Positions 58,674 through 64,000 of a stretch of 64,000 nucleotides of DNA are shown here, piece after piece; within the stretch, counting starts at the first letter, position 1, and each line of letters opens with the position of its first letter. This DNA comes from an uncultured Actinomycetota bacterium. GTDB taxonomy: Bacteria > Actinomycetota > Actinomycetes > JAHEKZ01. The stretch lies in the NCBI GenBank assembly GCA_963712425.1, contig CAVQHW010000002.1, forward strand, positions 200,517 through 264,516, written 5' to 3'. The position numbers were made by a program, and so were the translations under genes. The notes beneath the pieces were generated by a model, which was not told where the DNA came from, made no database searches, and saw nothing but the letters and a program-made list of their open reading frames with translations.

Positions 58674-59322
58674 TCACCGGGCTAAGCAGTCGAGGACCTC
58701 GCGATCTGTCGTTGCCGCAAACTCCGCGTAGTGCAAGCCCACCGCCCGGAAGTCACGCGGGGTCTCGACCGCGATACACGCGTCGGCCGCGCCGCGGAAC
58801 TGAGCTGACCACCCGCGTGGCGCCACCGGCACCGCGACAACGACCCGCTTTGCCTGATGAGCGGATGCCACCTCGCAGGCGGCCCGAGCGGTCGCCCCGG
58901 TGGCCAAACCATCGTCAACGATGACCGCCGTTCGCCCGGTGAGATCGACACGAGGGTGAACCTCTCTGATGCCGTGCACGCGCTGCTCCACCTGGTCAAG
59001 CTCACTGTTCGGTGATCGCTGCGAGTTGCGCCTCGCTCACGTGTTCGTGACGCTGGACCTCGGTGTTGAGAACGCGAACGCCTCCTTCACCAACTGCGCC
59101 GAGCGCCAGTTCGGGTTGCGCTGGGACACCCAGTTTGCGAACTACGAGGACGTCAAGGGGTGCGCCGAGAATGTCGGCGACCTCACGCGCCACCGGAACT
59201 CCCCCACGAGGTAGTGCAAGCACCACCACTTCGCCCGCGTTCTGTGCGTCCCCCAAGGTGTCAGTGTGGGCGAGAAGGGCGCTGGCGAGTTGGCGTCCGG
59301 CGTCGTGACGATCGACGAACAT
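58674..59322 (-). pseudogene. Type I phosphoribosyltransferase-domain protein split by a frameshift at about 59000
   Basis: N-terminal half ([33 protein letters not shown]) ends at a stop at 59002. The PRPP-binding loop (VIVDDGLATGATARAA) is in the adjacent 58674-58991 ORF in a different frame. Confidence 0.6.
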
Positions 59323-59411
59323 GTCACCTCCGGCCGGTTGCGTTGGTCACCACTCTGCCCCAGCCTTGCCATGATGATCACTGAAGGCTGGCAGGCGGGA
59401 TACGGAGCGCG

Positions 59412-60044
59412 ATGAGCGAGGGTTTCGACAAGGACTATTGGGAGTCTCACTGGCAGAACGCGAGGGGACGACGAGATGAGCTGGCGATCGATGCCAACCC
59501 CTATCTCGCCCACGAGACCCGCGACCTCGAGCGAGGCACAGCACTGGACGCCGGGTGCGGCGAAGGCACCGAGGCAATCTGGCTAGCGGCGGCGGGTTGG
59601 AAGGTCACCGCGGTCGACATCTCCAGCGAGGCGCTGTCACGCGCGTCCGAACGCGCATCGTCCGATGTCGCAGTGGCCGAACGCATCGAGTGGGTGGAAG
59701 CAGACCTCAGTACCTGGGAGCCGGGAGGGGAGTTCGACTTGGTCGCCACCCACTACGCGCACCCGGCGATGCCGCAACTGCACTTCTACGAGCGCATCTC
59801 GCACTGGGTAGCACCTGGTGGCTCGTTGCTCATCGTCGGACACTTGCATCGTGCGGATGGCCAGGGCCACGACGACAGCCCACCTGCAGAGGCGTCAGTC
59901 ACTGCCGCGAGTATCTCGGCGGTGCTCGACTCCGCCGACTGGGATGTCGTCACTGCCGCAGAGCGAAGCCGCGCTCTCGGTGACGCCGCGGGTGGTGGGG
60001 TCGAACTTCACGACGCAGTCGTGCGCGCTACTCGTCGAACCTGA
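59412..60044 (+). CDS. Class I SAM-dependent methyltransferase
   Basis: Motif I (ALDAGCGEGTEAIWLAAAG) and an acidic loop (VTAVDIS). Confidence 0.8.
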   Translation: MSEGFDKDYWESHWQNARGRRDELAIDANPYLAHETRDLERGTALDAGCGEGTEAIWLAAAGWKVTAVDISSEALSRASERASSDVAVAERIEWVEADLSTWEPGGEFDLVATHYAHPAMPQLHFYERISHWVAPGGSLLIVGHLHRADGQGHDDSPPAEASVTAASISAVLDSADWDVVTAAERSRALGDAAGGGVELHDAVVRATRRT

Positions 60045-60054
60045 CGTGTCAGCG

Positions 60055-62745
60055 CTAACCGTGCGCCATGTCGACGAACCGCGAGTAGTGACCCTGGAAC
60101 GCGACCGTCACTGTGGCGGTCGGGCCGTTGCGGTGCTTGGCCACGATGAAGTCGGCCTCACCGGCACGCGGTGACTCGCGCTCGTAGGCGTCTTCGCGGT
60201 GCAGCAACAGGACAAGGTCGGCATCCTGCTCGATCGAATTGTGCACCGCCATGCCATTCGCAATGAAGTTGTGTGAACCGAGAACAGTGGCGTCGAACAC
60301 GGGTTGCTCATCAAGCGGCTCGATCGACGAGATCTTGTCCCAATAGACATCGTTCACCGCCATCATCTCGAGTTCAGACGAATCCAACACTTGCGCCACT
60401 CGCGCTAACCGCGCCCGACTGGGGGCCACCTTGTACAGCGTCGAGCCACAAAAGTTTGTCCCAAGGGCAGCCTGGAACTGTCGCGTGGTCATTGGTGACT
60501 CCGCCAGGATGGCGCGAACGTCGGTCCACACCTCAACTGGCGCGGTATCGACGTTGGTATTCGACTCAACGCTGCGCACGATATTGAGCAGTCGTTCAGC
60601 GTTGACCTCTCGTCCACCATAAACGCCAATCTCACCGAGAAACCGCCTCTGATCCTCGCTACCAGAAACGTCAAGTGTGAATCCGTCCCGATACTCGCCC
60701 TGGTCGACGCGGCGAACTCGCCCAGTGATGCCGAACCTCAGCAGCAACCGGCACACATCGTCGATCAACTGTCTCGACGTCGACGCGTAGTACACCCGAC
60801 CACCCCGACCGTCCTTGCGGATCGTGACCGAACCGTCTGTTGCCCACAGATGAGCGAGGAACAGGGCAATCTGTGGCTTCGGCAGCGAGAAGACTTGGTC
60901 AGGGACGAACTTCACGTGCGATCGCAGCCCGAAAACGCCAAGACCATCGAGCCAACGAACTATGGGATTGCGTCGCCCCCGGGCAAGCCGATAGGGAGCA
61001 GGCAGTCGAAGAGTCGTCACTCGAGCCTGCGGATGCTCGTCACGAACAGCAGTCACGCCGAATGCTGCAGCAGCATCAGCCACTGCTTGGAGGTTGGCGG
61101 GATCGATGCTCGCGTAGCGGAGGGGTTGGCGGGGCAGCATCGACCCATCACCCAGCATGTGCGCTAGCAGGATGACATCTGAGTCTCGCCACTGCGTAAC
61201 TTCTGACGGCGCGCACACGTGTCGGGGTGCGGCAATTCGGTCGCCCGGCTGAAGCTCCCCCAGCGGCCTCCAGCCGTCATACGTCAGGAAGGGGTGGTTA
61301 GCCGTTGCCGTGACTTCGCGACCAGAGGCAAGAGTCAGTCGATAGACCTGCCGGGTTCCCGTCGAGAACACATGGGTCAGATGCCTCCGCACATACCGAA
61401 GGCTGTCGTCGAGCGCCCACACGGGAACATCAGTCTCACCAGACGAGTACAACTGCCCCAGCGTTACCTCTGCGCCAGTGTCGGCCCTCAAGACTCGTGT
61501 ATCGGCCGTCAGGCATCCACTTTCGCGAAGGTCAGACAGCATCGGCTTCTTGTCGGTGCGCTGCTCAGGACCACGGTTCAGCTGGCTCAGTGCTACGACA
61601 GGCACTTCGAGCTCTTTGGCCAAGAGTTTCAAGGCTCGGGAGAACTCAGCCACCTCTTGCTGCCGGCTCTCTACCTTCTTACCGCTGCTCATCAGCTGCA
61701 GATAGTCGACGACGACGAGTTTGAGGTCTTGCCGCTGCTTCAAGCGCCGACACTTCGCGCGGATCTCCATCATCGTCATGTTCGGAGAGTCGTCGATGAA
61801 CAGCGGTGCACTCGCGACCTCTGACATCTTGCGTGCCAACTTCGTCCAGTCGTCGTCACTCAGCGAACCGGTACGCATGTGGTGCAAGCCGACGCGAGCC
61901 TCTGCCGACAGCAGACGCATCGTGATTTCGTTGCGGGTCATTTCGAGCGAGAAGATGACGCTGCTCAAACCGTTGCTGATGGACGCCGAACGTGCGAAGT
62001 CGAGACCGAGCGTCGACTTTCCGAGACCGGGTCGGGCCGCCACCACGACCAACTGGCCAGGGTGCAACCCGTTGGTCAACCCATCGAGGTCGGTGAACCC
62101 GGTAGGGACGCCGACCATCGCACCGCCGCGCGAGCCGTTCGCCTCGATCTCGTCGAGGGTGCCCTCCATGATCTCGGCGAGCGGAAGGTAGTCCTCACTG
62201 CTGCGTCGTTCGGTGACGGCGTAGATCTCGGCCTGTGCGCGGTCGACGACCTCGTCGACTTCGCCGGTGTCGGCGTACCCCATCTGCGTGATGCGGGTGC
62301 CGGCCTCGACCAGCCGGCGCAAGATTGCGCGCTCAGAAACGATGCGCGCGTAGTAGCCAGCGTTGGCCGCCGTCGGTACCGAGGAGATCAGCGTGTGCAA
62401 GTACGGAGCGCCACCGATGCGACCGAGCTCGCCGCGTTTGGTCAGCTCAGCCGACAACGTGATGGCGTCAGCTGGCTCGCCGCGACCGTAGAGGTCGAGG
62501 ATCGCCTCGTAGATCGTCTGGTGTGCCGGCTTGTAGAAGTCACCACCGCGGACCGTCTCAACCACGTCGGCGATGGCGTCTTTTGACAACAACATGCCGC
62601 CGAGCACGCTCTGCTCGGCCTCGACGTCTTGCGGCGGGGTGCGGTCGAAGGCGGCGCCGAAGTCGGGCTGGCGCGCGGGAAGCTCAGCGACTGTCACAGG
62701 GCAACCCTCGAGGCGCGCTTCACGACAGGGTCGGAGCATGATCAA
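60055..62745 (-). CDS. dnaB: Replicative DNA helicase DnaB interrupted by an in-frame intein (896 aa precursor)
   Basis: DnaB N-terminal domain, Walker A (GLGKST) and the mycobacterial-type insertion point ...SDLRESG|C. The C-extein resumes at SIEQDADLVLLLHREDAYERE. The true start may be the GTG about 16 codons downstream. Confidence 0.9.
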   Translation of the reverse strand: MIMLRPCREARLEGCPVTVAELPARQPDFGAAFDRTPPQDVEAEQSVLGGMLLSKDAIADVVETVRGGDFYKPAHQTIYEAILDLYGRGEPADAITLSAELTKRGELGRIGGAPYLHTLISSVPTAANAGYYARIVSERAILRRLVEAGTRITQMGYADTGEVDEVVDRAQAEIYAVTERRSSEDYLPLAEIMEGTLDEIEANGSRGGAMVGVPTGFTDLDGLTNGLHPGQLVVVAARPGLGKSTLGLDFARSASISNGLSSVIFSLEMTRNEITMRLLSAEARVGLHHMRTGSLSDDDWTKLARKMSEVASAPLFIDDSPNMTMMEIRAKCRRLKQRQDLKLVVVDYLQLMSSGKKVESRQQEVAEFSRALKLLAKELEVPVVALSQLNRGPEQRTDKKPMLSDLRESGCLTADTRVLRADTGAEVTLGQLYSSGETDVPVWALDDSLRYVRRHLTHVFSTGTRQVYRLTLASGREVTATANHPFLTYDGWRPLGELQPGDRIAAPRHVCAPSEVTQWRDSDVILLAHMLGDGSMLPRQPLRYASIDPANLQAVADAAAAFGVTAVRDEHPQARVTTLRLPAPYRLARGRRNPIVRWLDGLGVFGLRSHVKFVPDQVFSLPKPQIALFLAHLWATDGSVTIRKDGRGGRVYYASTSRQLIDDVCRLLLRFGITGRVRRVDQGEYRDGFTLDVSGSEDQRRFLGEIGVYGGREVNAERLLNIVRSVESNTNVDTAPVEVWTDVRAILAESPMTTRQFQAALGTNFCGSTLYKVAPSRARLARVAQVLDSSELEMMAVNDVYWDKISSIEPLDEQPVFDATVLGSHNFIANGMAVHNSIEQDADLVLLLHREDAYERESPRAGEADFIVAKHRNGPTATVTVAFQGHYSRFVDMAHG
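60238..61515 (-). mobile_element. DnaB intein (426 aa) with a LAGLIDADG-type homing-endonuclease insert
   Basis: Begins CLTADTRV (block A) and ends ...GMAVHN followed by S+1 (block G). Central region has a DOD-like LFLAHLWATDGSV. 410 aa N-extein + 426 aa intein + 60 aa C-extein = 896 aa. Confidence 0.8.
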
Positions 62746-63110
62746 CGGGGTGCCTCCGCACGGCGAGCAGTGGTCTGGACGTGGGCTGGAGCGCCTGGCG
62801 GCGCCAAGCCCGAGACGGTTCTACCGGCCAGCACTGACAGCACCAAGAATGCCTGTGGATCAGCCTGGGGATATCCCTGCCAGACCTGGGGGAAACCCCA
62901 CCAGGTCGGGGGACGCTTCTGGGGACGGCCTGGGGACGGCCCAGTAGTTTTCGCGCGCCCCGTCACTGACCTGCGACGTTGGTGTCCACCCCCTGTGGAC
63001 GCCAATTCGATTCGCAGAGTTTCGCATGCTGGACGACCGGTCAGGCGGCCCAGAACCACGAGATCCCGGCGGCCAGGTGGCTACCGGGATCTCGCAAGTG
63101 GGTCGTCAGG

Positions 63111-63560
63111 TCAGGCAGAGCCGACCACGTCGACCTCGAGGTCAACGTCGACCTCGGGGTGCAGGGCGACCGTGACGCTGTGCGACCCGACCGTCTTGAT
63201 CGGGGAATCCAGGCGCACCGATCGCTTGTCGAGAGCTGGCCCGCCGGCGCTCGACACCGCATCGACGATGTCAGACGCGGTGACTGCTCCGAAGAGACGC
63301 CCGGCGTCGCCAGCACGCACCTCGAGCTTCACCGACAGCGCGGCCAACTGCGACTTGACCTCATTGGCGTGGCCGAGGTCGCGAATGGCTCGTGCGTCAC
63401 GTGCTCGCTTGATCGTGGTGATCTGCTTCTCGCCACCTCGCGACCATGGCAGCGCCAGACCGCGGGGGAGCAGGAAGTTGCGGCCGTAGCCGTCTTTGAC
63501 CTCGACGATGTCGCCAGGCGCACCAAGGCCAGACACCTCTTGAGTGAGGATGAGCTTCAT
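63111..63560 (-). CDS. rplI: 50S ribosomal protein L9
   Basis: [36 protein letters not shown] is a canonical L9 N-terminus. Confidence 0.9.
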   Translation of the reverse strand: MKLILTQEVSGLGAPGDIVEVKDGYGRNFLLPRGLALPWSRGGEKQITTIKRARDARAIRDLGHANEVKSQLAALSVKLEVRAGDAGRLFGAVTASDIVDAVSSAGGPALDKRSVRLDSPIKTVGSHSVTVALHPEVDVDLEVDVVGSA

Positions 63561-63574
63561 CTGGTGACCTCCGC

Positions 63575-63811
63575 TCAGCGAGCCGTCGACGAGTACGGCA
63601 TGAGCGCCATCTCGCGACTGTTCTTGATGGCCATGGCAATGTCGCGCTGGTGCTGCGTGCAGTTGCCTGTCACGCGACGAGCGCGGATCTTGCCTCGGTC
63701 AGAGACAAACTTGCGCAGCAAGGTGGTGTCCTTGTAGTCGATCGTCTGCGCGTCTTTGCGACAGAACTGACAGACCTTCTTCTTCGGCTTCCGCAGCGGG
63801 GGCTTAGCCAT
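63575..63811 (-). CDS. rpsR: 30S ribosomal protein S18
   Basis: ...[63 protein letters not shown]. Confidence 0.9.
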   Translation of the reverse strand: MAKPPLRKPKKKVCQFCRKDAQTIDYKDTTLLRKFVSDRGKIRARRVTGNCTQHQRDIAMAIKNSREMALMPYSSTAR

Positions 63812-63880
63812 CGTGGTGCTCCTGTGTGTTCAGGGCCCCGCCGGAGCGGGGATGGGACGAATAGGTGGATCGAGCGCTCG

Positions 63881-64000
63881 TTAGAACGGCGGCTCGTCGT
63901 TGCTTGCTGGCGCGGACGCCCATGGGTCGTCGGCTGGCGGGGCTGACTGTGCTGACTGGCCGCCCTGGCCACCGCCACCGCCGAAGCCGCCGCCCCCGCC
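63881..64000 (-). CDS. ssb: Single-stranded DNA-binding protein, 3' end only (gene continues beyond the window)
   Basis: Gly-rich tail ending in the acidic tip ...NDEPPF*, followed by rpsR-rplI in the conserved order. Confidence 0.75.
   Translation of the reverse strand, partial: GGGGGFGGGGGQGGQSAQSAPPADDPWASAPASNDEPPF

Overview
This is a high-GC (about 67%) actinobacterial chromosomal segment, probably from the core chromosome given rpsR-rplI-dnaB at one end. On the minus strand it carries an intact heat-shock locus, dnaK-grpE-dnaJ-hspR, with clpB immediately downstream (features 1663-8372). At the far end are the 3' end of ssb, then rpsR, rplI and a dnaB gene interrupted by an intein (60055-64000).

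Between these lie a membrane Fe-S/CCG oxidoreductase, dcd, a TetR/ABM pair, tRNA-Gly(CCC), an MFS transporter, a LAL-type LuxR regulator and a secreted GH114-like hydrolase. Further on are a FadE5-like acyl-CoA dehydrogenase, an ECF sigma/anti-sigma/ABC exporter operon, a carbon-nitrogen hydrolase and a BCKDH-like E1alpha/E1beta/E2 operon. The remaining genes are a repeat-rich surface protein, a DosR-like response regulator with a GAF sensor kinase, HisC-like and class III aminotransferases, Lrp, a LMW-PTP, a PIG-L deacetylase, an S8 subtilase and a UbiA prenyltransferase.

The most notable observation is that roughly 16 of about 57 genes need one or more frameshifts to give a full-length protein (about 29 frameshifts in roughly 20 kb). 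Roughly 38 kb of chaperone, ribosomal, replication and many accessory genes are unbroken. This non-random pattern points to real pseudogene accumulation, including a decayed resistance-like island next to the tRNA-Gly, rather than uniform sequencing error.

No CRISPR array, IS element or integrase was found. All calls come from reading the six-frame translations, with no database searches.
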